A DNA stretch of 63,706 nt, filler included, from Reclinomonas americana ATCC 50394 (lineage: Eukaryota), in NCBI GenBank assembly GCA_048213135.1. It is 20 parts of 20 records of this genome, joined end to end, with 100 filler letters (N's around TTAATTAATTAA, not from the genome) between each part and the next. Parts side by side here need not be neighbours in the genome. Positions count along the whole stretch, not along the records: positions 45,915 to 53,586 come from AFZH01018669.1; positions 53,687 to 57,485 come from AFZH01018670.1; positions 57,586 to 62,592 come from AFZH01018671.1; 17 more parts are not named here. One strand, 5' to 3'. The position numbers were made by a program, and so were the translations under genes. Below the pieces are notes generated by a model. That model had not been told where the DNA came from. It worked only from the letters and a program-made list of their open reading frames with translations, and did not search any database. Shown here piece after piece: positions 47,226-59,651 of the stretch. Numbering within the stretch: position 1 is the first letter of the stretch; each line of letters opens with the position of its first letter.

Positions 47226-49885
47226 ATGAAGCGTGAGAGAAGTGGCAAGAGTGCCAGCGGCAAGGTGCCCTTCAAGCGACACAAGTCGGGCGCGGAGGGG
47301 AAACCGGCGAGAAGAAACGCGGGCGGCAAGTTCCGCGCGAGTTGCGTCGCTTTTTTGGCCATGTGCACATTCACATCATCCACTCACGCTCTCACTGAAA
47401 ACAATAGAGTCCACAGATGAGGAGCGCAAGTCGTTCCACAGAAAACGAGGTGCTGCAGCAGTCAACAAAAAGGACGAAGTGGTCGACGATGATGATGACG
47501 ATGATGATGATGATGTCGAGGGACAAGCGGATGCCAACTATGTGGCGTTCCTGTCGCTGCTGCGAGGCAGTCGACGATTGGAGTCTGCAGCGGCGGGTAG
47601 GACAGAGGGAGAGGACGGCGATGAGGCGATGGACGGTGACGACGATGACGATGAGGACTTGAGTGTGAAGAGACCAACCGTGGCGGATGGAGAGATGGAG
47701 AGTGGACTGGAGCTGGGCGAGGATGCAGAGGAGGAAGAAGAGGAGGAGGACGAGGATGCAGGGCATGTGGCAGTCGATGATGGTGTGCGGCTGGACGAGG
47801 AGTGGTGGCAAGCGGTTTCGTCGTACACGGAGGAGACGGTGAGTGTGGTTGCATGTGTGTGTGTGTGTGCGTGCAGGTGCTGACTGCTTCGACGGAGTGC
47901 AGGATCTGGCGCGGCTAAAGGCTCCACTGCCACCGCACACGGAGATGCAGGCCATCTCGTCCAAGGCGGCGCATCCGTACTCTTCGCTCGGCGACTCGGT
48001 GGCGGCGTGGCGCTCGGAGGCAACACGCACGCCCACGGTGTGCGACGATGTGAGTCGCATCATGCGGAAGCGTTTGGCCGACTACTGGACACGACGGTGT
48101 GAGGAGCTGGGCGAGCCTGTGCGTCTGTCGCCAGCCGAGGCCGCCTTTGTGGCCATTATCGCCTCGCGACGCGATCTGTTGTACGTGACGCCACTGAATG
48201 GCACCGAGTCGGTGGTCAATGTGGAGGACGAGCGTCGCCGACGTGCACTCTACGCACTCTACGGTCTGCACCATGTGATGCGGGTCAACGACCAGGTCGG
48301 CAAGCACAATGCGGTGTTGCGCGAAGAACAGAAAGATGAGAAGGAGGAGGATGACAAGATCAACGGATCGTCGGCCATTCAGCGACATGCTGCTCGTGCC
48401 AGGAAGAAGCAACAGGAGAAGCAACGGAAACACCGGTCGTCGGCTGAGTCCTCTGCTTCATCGTCGCAGCAACCGCGTTCCGAGTTCCACGACCAGGGAT
48501 ACACGCGAGCCAAGGTGCTCATCCTGCTGCCGCTGAAGAATACGGCGAGGGATGTTGTCAATGAGATCATTCGTGCGGTGACGAGGTACGCGTGCGTGGG
48601 AGAGGTGAAGTAGTCGAGGGCACGCCTTTGTCTCATGCTGTTGTTGCGCACAGCGACGGCACAGGAATCGTAATCAACCAGGATCGGTTCGACGACGAGT
48701 TCTCGTCGCCACCCGAGGCCGACGAGAAGTTGCAGTTGCGCCCAGTGGACTATCGGCACACCTTCCGCGAGAACATTGACGATTGCTTCCGCGTGGGACT
48801 CTCGGTGTCGGGCAAGCGCGTCAAACTGTTTTCCGATTTCTACACCTCCGACATTCTGGTGGCGTCTCCCCTCGGCTTGCGTCTGGTGGTCGGCGAGGAA
48901 GGGTGCGTGTGTGCCTCCATGGTGGAAGGGTGGTATCCTGTGGTGTTGTTGCTTATGCGCCGTTACTTTTTGTTGGGTAGCGAGGGCGAGCGAGAAATGG
49001 ACTTTTTGTCGTCTGTCGACCTGGTGGTGGCCGATCAGCTCGATGTGATGCTGATGCAGAACTGGGCGCACGTGGCTGCCACGTTTGCGGCGCTGAATCG
49101 CGTGCCGACGAAGCTGCATCACGCCGACATTTCACGCCTGCGACCGTACTTTGTGGACGAGGTGTCGGAGCGCTTCCGTTCCATCACGCTCCTGTCGCGT
49201 TATGCGTCGCCTGACGTGTCGGCCCTGTTCCGGAAGCATGCACAGTCGCAGTTCGGGCCGGTGATTGTGCGGCAGACGTATCCGGGTGTGTTGCCACGGG
49301 TCGCCGTGCCCGTGCGCATGGTCTTCCACCGCATAGTCGCCGACTCTGTGGCCACGGCCGACGATGCGCGCTTCACGTACTTTGAGCAACGCATCTATCC
49401 GAAGCTGGGAGAGCAGCAGACGCTGATCTTTGTGGCGTCGTATTTCGATTTCGTGCGTGTGCGCAACTTTCTCCAGCAGCACAACGTCCCGCTGGCCGTG
49501 TGCTCCGAGTACTCGACGGGTCCGGAGCTGTCGGTGGAGCGCGGCGCGTTTTTCCACGGCGAGAAGAAAGTGATGCTGATTTCGGAGCGCTTCCTCTTCT
49601 TCAAGCGGTGAGTGGAGCGCGATGCTCGGGGCCCGTGGCTGTGCACTGAGTGTTGTCGTTGTCAGGTACCGACTGCGCGGCGCCAAGCGTGTGGTGTTCT
49701 ACTCGCTGCCGGAGCATCCGCATTTCTACTCGGAGGTGATCAACATGGTGGACGAGGGTCGCGTCGATGTCTGTCCTGCGCTCTTTACGCGCTTCGATGC
49801 CATGGTCGTGGAGAGGGTGGTCGGCACGGAGAGTGCCAAGCACATTCTCAAGGGCACCAACAAGAACACGTTTATGTTTCGCTGA
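47226..49885 (+). CDS. UTP25: U3 snoRNA-associated protein 25 (DEF/DIEXF)
   Basis: DQGYTRAKVLILLP, FRENIDDCFRVG, LFSDFYTSDILVASPLGLR, DFLSSVD...MQNWAHV, SYFDFVRVRN, SERFLFFKR|YRLRGAKRVVFYSLPEHPHFY. Confidence 0.95.
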
Positions 49886-49901
49886 ATGTACACACGCTGG
49901 T

Positions 49902-51713
49902 TTAGACTTCGTAGGCTCCCACGGCAGTCATGACACCGTCGTCTACTGCAGACTTCATGCAGGCGTCCACCACCATTTGCGTCTTGAGCATCCACTCTGC
50001 AGCGGTGTTCCGAGTGAGTGGAGATGATGAGAGAGAGAAAGGGAGAGCAGGGTGACGCACCCACGAACTCGGGTTCCACCTGTGTGACGAGGGGGACAGA
50101 AAGAGAACATGAGCGTGAGCGATCTAAAAGAGAAGTGTTGATCTGCGAGTCGTACCTTGCTGTCGAGTACACTCTGGCTGAACCGCTCAATCATCGACAC
50201 GGTCTGCAGTCACCGCGTGAGAAACACAAGAGCAATATGAAGCGACGACTGCAAGAGCAATAACACAACGTGCGGAGCAGCGCCGACCACCACATGTGTG
50301 GTCTTGCGCACGGCAGCATTGGCGCGCCCGGTGAACACATCGAACCGGCAACCGTGCTTGGCAGTGTCACTGAGGGGGAGTGAGTGGGCAATGACAGCGT
50401 GATGGGACAGGAACCTACGGCTGCAACGCAACGGAGCTCCCGGTGCCTTGTGATACATCACGCGGTCGGTCTCTGAATCGCTGAATGTGTCCTCGATGTT
50501 GGGCTGCCGAGGAGAGAACAATGAGCAGGAGTCCGTCAAGACCACGCGACGATTCGCACAAACCACTTCGCGTGGCGCCACAAAGTCGTTCATCGACACG
50601 GTACACTCGCGCGACCAGATGCGAACGCTCTCCAGTCGATTCGAGAAGAACGACACGTCGAATGTGGCGTGCCGGTTGTTGGTGAAGAACAGAGTCGCCG
50701 CTGTGCAGTCCTCCCAGTCAGCGACAACTCCAAGTACTCGTTGGTGGCGACGACGCAACTCATGGCCGTCGGCACTCCATTCTGCGACTGCAACGTGTGC
50801 GCCTGCACACGCACCGGCAACTCCCAATCAAAGGCCACCAGACTACGTGCACAGTGAGACGCGGTATGCACAACGGATGCTGTGCAGCAGCAGCAGGCAC
50901 TACTCACATGATGCGCACAGTGTACCAGCCGAGATCGCCGAGAGCGCCCAGTGGCTCCAGGTCGATATTGGTGCGAATGTTGCCAGCGCGCCAGTCGTCC
51001 TCAGTCGGAAAGGAGAACGCAACCTGCATGTAGTGTACTCCATCGGCTGCACACATGGACGTCAACGCATGCAGGGGAGGGAAAAACAACACGACTGCCA
51101 AGCAAGGAGAAACGCAACGAAACAATTCCCGGTCGTGCAACACCTCCTGCAGCACCTTGAGGCGCGGATGATGCATAAAGTTGACTCCGTCCATGAGGTT
51201 GACACCGGCACGACGACAGGCATCGATCATGGCACGCAGATCCTCCACCGACGTCGCCGCCGGCTTCTCCATGAGCACATGCTTGCCATGCTCCGCCGCC
51301 TCCACCACCACATCGCGATGCAGGGCGCAAGGCAGTGGCACATACACGGCATCGATATCGGGGTCGCGGACCAGCTGCGCAGTGGTGAGTGAGAAGGAGA
51401 CAAAGGTGGGAGGAGATAGCCTTTCAGCAACAAGAACCTCGGAGTAGGTCGGAAGAGCACGCATGGTGTCGCAGTGCTGTGCGGCCCACTCGGTGGCGCG
51501 TTCTAGGGAGCGACTGGCCACGGCCTCTGGGCGTGCGTTGTGAGCGTCGACCATTGCTCCACAGATCTGCATGCATGCACACTTGGATTGAGTTGTGTGT
51601 GTGATCGTGTGTGATGGTGAGAGAGAGATAGAAGAGGGCGGAACTCGTGTGGAGATGCGGGCAGTGGAGACAATGCCCCAGCGACATGGGTGCTTGTCGG
51701 CGGCAGAGGCCAT
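49902..51713 (-). CDS. Gfo/Idh/MocA family NAD(P)-dependent oxidoreductase
   Basis: RWGIVSTARI, AVASRSLERA, DPDIDAVYVPLP, GKHVLMEKP, FMHHPR, GALGDLGWY. Last exon ...TQMVVDACMKS...YEV* ends at 49902. Confidence 0.92.
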
Positions 51714-51801
51714 TGGATGTCGGTGTTGATAATGACATACGGGACAGACGCTGACTGCACGGGGTGTTCATTCGTCTCCTTCTCTCTGTCTGTGCCCGTG
51801 G

Positions 51802-54134
51802 TCATTGCCCCTGCACTTCGCCACCATGAATGGTGTACTTTTCGAACTCCTTCTCCGGATCGTAGATCTCCCACCGTGAGGCCGGGAACACGTGCTTATT
51901 GCGCTCGTACCAGCGACGATCGACGACCTTGGCCGGATGTGACTGTACGGGAGGAGGTGAGGACGCACGCCTGCTGCACTGCAGCACAATGCCAAAGAGA
52001 TGCGTACCTCGTCCTTCTCCTTGCGTGCATCGGCCAGCATGCGCACGTCTTCGTGGACATCAAAGTGGAACAGCGGACCTGACTTGCCACGTGCCTTGTT
52101 GACAATGAGGTGGTGGAAGGTGAATTGCTGGAAGGAGAAGACGACGACGACGAGTAAGCGACCACAGGTGCAGCAAAGGGGGGAGAGGCAGCGGCCCACG
52201 CACGCAACATGGGGAATGATGATATCCTCCTTGATAAACATGAGACTGTCGACTGACACACGCTGCAACTCCTTGAACTCCTTCTGCACCTCGCACAGCA
52301 GCTGTCGAATCGTGAAACCCTTCTTGACCTGCGCCACACACACACGCGTCACATCGCCGCCCGTAGGTACGCATGCTCGCCCACTCCACACACCTTCGCC
52401 GTCCTTCGGTGACCTGTGCCATCCCAGTAACTGTACGTGACCTCGAGTGGTTCCTCTGTCGCACACACATGCATGTGAGTCACGCATGCCTGCTTTGTGG
52501 ACGACCTAATGCACCCTCACACACCTTTCATGGCCTCCTGCTGTCGCATCCACTCCTCCTGCAATCTCAGTCGCTCCTCGCGCACCTGGCGCTCGCGATC
52601 GCGATCCGGCAGGAACGACGTGTCCACGTCGGGGTTCTTCACAACCTTGCGCTTCTTCAGTGGCATCTCTGTTCACGCAATAATAGAAAACAACTCAACA
52701 CACGCCCTGGTGACTGAAATGACAACAACAACAAAAGGAAGACGAACCATCCTCGTCCACCTCAACCCTCTCACCAAGCTCCTCTTCATCCTCAAAATCC
52801 GCAAACGACAACCGTGATCTGTCCTGCTTCTTCTCCATCCGCTTCCCTTCTCGTCGCAACGCCGCCCTGCCCACGCACACAAAAGTGAGACACGGTGCCA
52901 CATCGCAAGCAGTACAACACGATTTTGTGCATGAGCGTGTGTGTCTATCTGTGCTGCCTTCAGTTTCGCCTTTAAGTCAGCATCGAGGGATGCGAAGTGG
53001 GGAGAATGCGCGCAAGGTGACAGAGAAGAGCAAAGGAGGGAGTGAGCGCGCGGCAGCAACGAGCAAGCGCGCGCACAGAACGCGCTCCAGCCTCCGTCTC
53101 TCCCCCAGTCGCCTGCACAGCGATTCCCCACACTTCACACCGCACCCACAAGTGGTGCTCGCCCGTAAAAGTTCGCATCACGAGACCGGGCGACCTCATT
53201 CAGCTCCCAACTCAATGTTTTTCCTCATGTTGCCAGCGTGATGTATGTGTAGAGAGAGAGAGGGTGTGTTGTTACGCAACAAGTCCTCTTCCCTCTGCCG
53301 CCGCTCCTCCTCCGCTCGCAGATACGCCTCTCGCTTCTGCGCGTACTCCTCCTTGGTTTGCAGACCAATGGCCTCGCGTTTCAAGTGGTCCTCCATGGTC
53401 TCCGGCACGCTGCGTCGAATAATAAGCAAAGAGGGGGAGGGAAGAAAGGAGGGGCGAAGAAGAAGGAAGATGGAGAAGGGGAGGAAAGGGGGAAGGGAGA
53501 ACGAGAGAGAGACCGAGACAACGGCAGAGAGAGAGAGAGAGAAAGAAGACAGTGAGCAAGACGCAGTGAACGCAGTCGGTGGGGGGNNNNNNNNNNNNNN
53601 NNNNNNNNNNNNNNNNNNNNNNNNNNNNNNTTAATTAATTAANNNNNNNNNNNNNNNNNNNNNNNNNNNNNNNNNNNNNNNNNNNNGAGAGAGAGAGAGA
53701 GGCAGGCGAGAGTACAAGGGGGGAAGGGAGAGAGAGAGAGAGATAGTGGCAAGGAGTAACAACAGAGAAAGAACGAGAAAGGAGAAAGAGAGACAGGGAG
53801 GCAAAGGCAGACAGAACAAACACAAGACAGCAAACAGAGAGCGTGAGAGAGAACGAGAAAGAGCAAGTCCAACTTGACTCAGATCAATCATCATTCGCAA
53901 TGCACAAGGCACACACACCTCTCTCTCTTCTCTCCTCTCTTCTCCTATCACTGCCTGTGCGTGTGTATGAGAGAGAAAGAGACGCAACCCTGTGAACGCA
54001 ATGAGCCCGCTCTTGGTGGACTCGTCTTCCAGCAGCTTGATGCGCCGCTCAAAGTCGCGTCGCTCCTCCTCTCTCTTGCGCAGCAGTGCAGCCGCACGAT
54101 TGCCCTCGCCTCCACTTCCCTTGTACTCTGTCAT
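51802..54134 (-). CDS. FAM50: FAM50/XAP5 family nuclear splicing-associated protein (spans one gap)
   Basis: [106 protein letters not shown]. Confidence 0.95.
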
Positions 54135-54218
54135 TCCCTCTCTCCCTCACACACAAACACAAGCAAGCAATGACGTCAATGTCGACGTCGACTTCAGTCA
54201 GTTTCTCTCCGTTTTTGT

Positions 54219-56009
54219 TCATTCGTCGCCCTCGTCGTATTCCTCTTCTCCTCCACTCGCTGCCTCCTCATCGCGAGCGGCAATTGCAGCTGCCACAGCC
54301 GTGGGCAGAGGCTTGCCCTTGTCTAGTCGTCGTCGTTTGACCGTCTCCAGCCGGTGCTCGTAAGAACCTGCAAGCACGACAAATGAGTTAAAGGCAACTT
54401 CTCGATAGGTAGGCACGCGCACTGCACGCAACACTCCATGGAGCGATCGACAAGTGGCACGTGTGAACGAGTGTTACGCTTGCCGTTGATCCGCGCTGGT
54501 CGGTGTTGTTGGTGGGCAAAGTCGGCAAAACCGCTAATGCCAGCCATCATGCCAAAGAGGGTGGCCGACTTGGCCATGTGCTCTCGAAACTGGTCGAGGA
54601 TGCACTGGAGGGCGCGTGGTGTTGAGGTTTCACGCCACTCCAGTGGGATTTTGAAGGTGGTGTTGTAGAGCACGAGTGGCTCGGGTGGCGCGATGGGGTA
54701 CGTGGGTTTGAGTGGGAAGTGCTCGGGCGACAAGAGTTGAGCAATGATCTGCGCGCCGTGGTGAGTGAGTGGGTGAGTGGATACCCGTCGGTGTTGTGCA
54801 TTACGCAACATCCTCCTGCTCGTCGCCTCGGCCCACCATAAACAGCACTGACACCATGTTGCGAATCTGGTGCCACAGGAACGCCGAGCCGACCACCTCC
54901 AACTCGTACGGTGTGAACGGACTCGAGGCCGCCCCAAAGTGCTCCACGGGCCCACACTGTCGCACAGTCACGCTGTAGATGCGTCGTCGAAAGTTGGTCA
55001 CGGCACTGGCGTCCATGCGGCAAAAGTTGCGGAAATCATGCTCGCCCACCCACGACTGCGCCGCACGGTGCATGGCCTGCAGCAGAGGAATCAGCGACTA
55101 CGCCACACGCAGAGTCAGATCTCCAGCTCACCTCCACGTCCATGCCTCCATGCAAAAAGTAGTAGCGATAGGTGCGCTGCTCGGCCGAGAAACGCGCGTC
55201 AAACTTGTGAGGCGCCGGAGCCCACCCGGTGCAGCGAATGTCGAGCGGCAGCGCCCCGTTCAGCATGCCCGCATAGTCCATCTCTGCACACACACCAGCA
55301 TACCGTGAGCAAGCAGAGAATGGAAACAAGGCCATCCATCGCTCGCCAAGCACCATTGGAGACAGCAGGAGGCGGACCGAGACTCGCCGTGATCTCCTCC
55401 ATGTAGTCCACCGTCATCTCCTCCGACTTTACAATCGTGCCCGCCGGCAACACGCCCATTCCCGTTGTATCCTTGCAGCGCACATACAGTGCCACCACCT
55501 GCTCCAGCGCACTCACTCCCCGATCAGTGCGCCCGCAGCGAGAGTACCGACACGTTTCTGGGTCCGAAATGAGGCACGTGCGCTGCAAGGCGTCAAACAA
55601 ACGCGCCTTTTTTGTAAAGTGTGAGTGCCTGTGTGCACAGAGAGAGCACACACACACTCTCTCTCACACCTCTACAGTGTCAGTGGCCGACTCTTGCAGT
55701 GCCAGACCCGCATAGCTCCATCCGACATATGCAATGCGCAGTGCAATGCGACGCAATGGATGTCTGCGTGCATGTGTGAGTGTGAGAGAGAGGTGGAGTG
55801 TGAGAGTGGACGCACTTGCTCATGTCAAACGGGCGCGGTGGAGGTCGGTTCATCTTGGTGTTCTTCTGGCGTCGGCCTTCGGGCAGAGGCACAATGGCGG
55901 GTTGTGCAGAGGAGAGTGCCATGGGTGGTGGCGGGGGAGGGGGAGGAGGAGGCACATGAATGCCACTGCCACTGCCACCAAACTCGTCGTCTTCGCCCTC
56001 GCCGCTCAT
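54219..56009 (-). CDS. PUS3: tRNA pseudouridine(38/39) synthase, TruA family
   Basis: RPFDMSK, IALRIAYVGWSYAG, YSRCGRTDRGVSA (catalytic Asp), FDARFSAEQRTYRYYF, GEHDFRNFC, GSAFLWHQIRNMV, PEPLVLY. Confidence 0.9.
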
Positions 56010-56905
56010 TCAGCTACGGAATGAAGTCGTCGCAACAATCGATGGATGAGTGGCTGAAATGCGTTTTTCACTTTTCTTCTGCTTACAACGACGCCACCGA
56101 GCCACCTTCCCCCCGCGACTGACACATGCTCATATCGCTGCTGCATCGGCACCGACTAAAAACTGCAATGCCGAGCAACAACAACCAGCGCGAAAAAAAC
56201 CCACAACAACAACACAACATCGACGACGACCGATGTGCGTGTGTTACATGTGTGACAGCAGGAGGGGTGGTGGCTAATGACAGACAGCAGTAGCAGTAAC
56301 AACAACACTAAAAAAGGAGTATGGGGAAAGAGAGAGAGAGAGAAGAAAACAAACCACTGTCGGTACTAGTGACCGACAGGATCTCAATGCAATACCCAAC
56401 AAAACAAAGCAAACAACTCTACAACTGCAGGAAGACACCACAACAAACAAACAAACAAACAACATCAAGAACGTACAAAAGAGCAACGGAGTGAAGCACG
56501 CAGCTGGCAGCAAACAACAAACAACAACAACAAACAAACAAATGAACAACAGTGGGAAAGAACACAACAAGCGAATGGCAATGGTACAACGGAGGTGGCG
56601 CGCGAAGCATTCGCGCGAGAGCCACTCAAGGTGACCACACGGCACCGTTGCCATCACACACTCACGCACGACACAACTGTACACGCACGTCTCGATCGGG
56701 CAATAGATACCGTGGGCAGAAACTGTACAAGAAAACACGAAGGCCCACCAACCGTGCTCCGACCCGCGTGACAATAGTGGGAAAGAAGAAAAGGGAGTGG
56801 GCGAGTGAGACTACGACACAAGACTCCCACCGCACACCCACATAGAGGAGAGAGAGAGAAACATTACAGCATTAACACATGCACAGGGAGTGAACAGGAC
56901 ACCGC

Positions 56906-57485
56906 TCACTCGTCCAGATCCATCTGCATGTCGGCGTGTGTCATGCGTGCCGCCGCCAGGGCCGTCGCGTTGCCAGAGGCGCCATGCGACCACAGCAGAT
57001 CGCACGGCTGCATCTGCTCGAGGAAGGTGGACGGCCGTGCCGACTTGTGCGGGCTACGCTTGCGGCGCGACACACCGCCAGTCGCGTGGTGCGACGGCTC
57101 AAACTCGAGCGGTCCGTGGCCGACCACCATGCCGCGGCGCGGTGGTGACAGCGAAGTGCGCGGACGCGGTACGGCAAACACCGATCCGCCGGCACCGGCG
57201 GCACCCGTGGGGCCAGCCACTGTCAACATGGGCGCGTCGCCCATGGTCATGGGGGTGGCGCGGCTGTGGTTGTGGTGCGCCAGCTCGTTCAGCGACGGCA
57301 GCTCGTACGGGTTCGGCAGCGACGGGTGCAGCAGGCTGGCCGGTGGTGTGGCCTGGCCTGACAGGAAAGGTGAGGTGGGGGCGCTGTTGCTGGGTGAGCC
57401 GGCCGACGAGTTGGAGACCACGTCGACTTGGTGCGAGTTGTAGTGAGGTGTGAGCAGCGACGAGCCGGCCAGCGGCAGCGAGTGC
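56906..57485 (-). CDS. C-terminal Pro/Ser-rich exon of an unknown protein
   Basis: GC-rich open frame from the gap to a stop at 56906 (...HADMQMDLDE*). No domain recognised. Confidence 0.5.
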
Positions 57486-58779
57486 NNNNNNNNNNNNNNN
57501 NNNNNNNNNNNNNNNNNNNNNNNNNNNNNTTAATTAATTAANNNNNNNNNNNNNNNNNNNNNNNNNNNNNNNNNNNNNNNNNNNNAAAAGCACAAGAGCG
57601 CAAAGAATGTGCGAGAATAAAAGTGGAGATGATCACTGGCGGCCATCACGGCCCTCTCTGATTTTTTCTGCCCTTGTCAGACAATAGCAGAGGCGATGCA
57701 TGCAACACACATAATGGAGAGGGAGAGCGAGAAAGTGTGTGCAAGAGTGTGCGACACGAAACGAAGAAGCGTGCGTTGCAATGGTCAAATCTCAACGGCT
57801 ATCAACCGGACATCTGCCAAAAGCGGCAAAGTGGCCACGAGAGTTGCATGCTCAAACAGAACGCACATCATGACAACGCGTGCGTGTATGCATGCAGCAT
57901 CGCACACACACAGAGACACACACTGCACTGTGCATGCAAACGAATGCAAAAGAGTGTGCGTGTGCACGGGTGATCTCGTGATCTCGCGCGCGCGCGCACA
58001 ACCAACCCCCATCATCTCTATTTGCGTCTCGCTTTCTCCCGCAACCGCCCTCTCTGTCATGCATGCATGCATGCATGCATGCACACACGCGCCCGACATG
58101 CACTCTCAAAATGATCTCTTGTGCGCGTCACACACGTGTCTCTCTCCCGCGCGCACAATGCAAGCGTGCTCGTTCTGTTTCTGCATGCACGCATGCATGT
58201 TCATCACACACACGTGATCGCCACTCACCAGACACACACGAGTTGGGAGAGAGAGAGAGAAGACTGTGATCGCGATGAATGCGAGACTGGCGGTTGCAAC
58301 GCTCTCAAAAAAAACTCGATTGTTGTTTGGATATTCGGGGTCGGTTGGCCGGATTGGGCCGTGGAGGTGCGAAATCGGAGTTTCGTGGGGTCGGCGAATG
58401 CTCCGCACCCGGGCCGGGAAGATGGTGAGCAAAGGGTGGGGCGATGATGAGGTGTGCAGTTGCAGATATGGATTCGCGCGATCGGAATTGCTGAAGGATC
58501 CGGATATCGCTATATATTGCCTGCAAGAAAAGGCACTGATGCAGCAGCAACTGGGATCGCTGTTCTTTTTGAGATGCATGAAGCTCGTGGGTTTTGTCTG
58601 CAGGTTTCGATTTTTATCGATCGAAATCGCGAAATCGCGCGATCGCAGCAGTCGCAAAATCGAACCAATCCGAAAGACTGCTGCAGCGTGGTCGAGACCC
58701 GTACTTTGTCTGGCTGCCTTCCACCACTGAATGTGCTCCGGTCAACCAAGCTGTGATGAGATCGCTGCTCACGACTTGT

Positions 58780-59360
58780 CCACGCTCTCATGTCAGGCAA
58801 ACAATGCAGTGACCGCGTCGATGGTGGCGGAGTGCATACCGTTCTGCTGGTGAGCGCAAGGTACGGGTTGTTGTCGAAGCAGTAGACCGAAGGCTGGACG
58901 TAATCACCATGTGATGTCAACTTGTCCCCGCTCCAAAGCTGTGCAAATAAGCCTGTGAGGCAAGCAACGCAGTGAACGGTAACCGGAGCGCATGTCGTGC
59001 TGTTGGCGAGCGCAAGTAGTGGGTTATCTTCGAAGTAGTAGGCCGAAGGCTGGATGTGCTCCGCGGTTCATGTGATGCAGATCGCAGATCGCGGCTTGTC
59101 CACGCTACAGAGCCAGGCAAACAATGCAGTGACAGCGTCGCTGGCGGTGGAGGACGCAGGAGTGCATGTCGTGCTGTTGGCGAGCGCAAGCAGTGGGTTG
59201 TTGTCGAAGTAGTAGACCGAAGGCTGGATGTGCTCCGCAATCCACCAGTTCAATCACCATGTAATGTCGACTCGTCCACGCTCCAAAGCTGCGCAAATAA
59301 GCCTGTGAGGCAAGCAACGCCTTGAAAGGTAACAGGAGCGCATGTCGTGCTGTTGGCTGC
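58780..59360. repeat. Degenerate tandem repeat cluster downstream of GCDH
   Basis: GAGCGCAAG...TCGAAG(C/T)AGTAG(A/G)CCGAAGGCTGGA occurs three times (about 58850, 59007, 59180). CTCCAAAGCTG(T/C)GCAAATAAGCCTGTGAGGCAAGCAACGC occurs twice. Confidence 0.8.
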
Positions 59361-59481
59361 CGTCAAGATCGGTGTCAGTGCAGTTGTTGCGAACAGCACT
59401 GATAAAGTCAAAATGGCTCACATGCATTCCTCACGTCTCTACGCTAAGCTCTCTCCCCACTCGCTATCCCCCGGATGCATC

Positions 59482-59620
59482 TCAGAACGCCGGCAGGCCA
59501 GTGATGGCGCGGCCGAGGATCAGCGCATGAATGTCGTGCGTGCCCTCATACGTGTTCACCTGCACACACAGAGTAAGACACTTCCTAACACTTACACACA
59601 CACAATTACATCCTCGACGC

Positions 59621-59651
<31 letters not shown>

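Noticed and set aside
58266..58730. CpG-rich 154-aa ORF with distinct composition
   Set aside because: No recognisable domain, terminal repeats or splice pattern; possibly regulatory or TE-derived.
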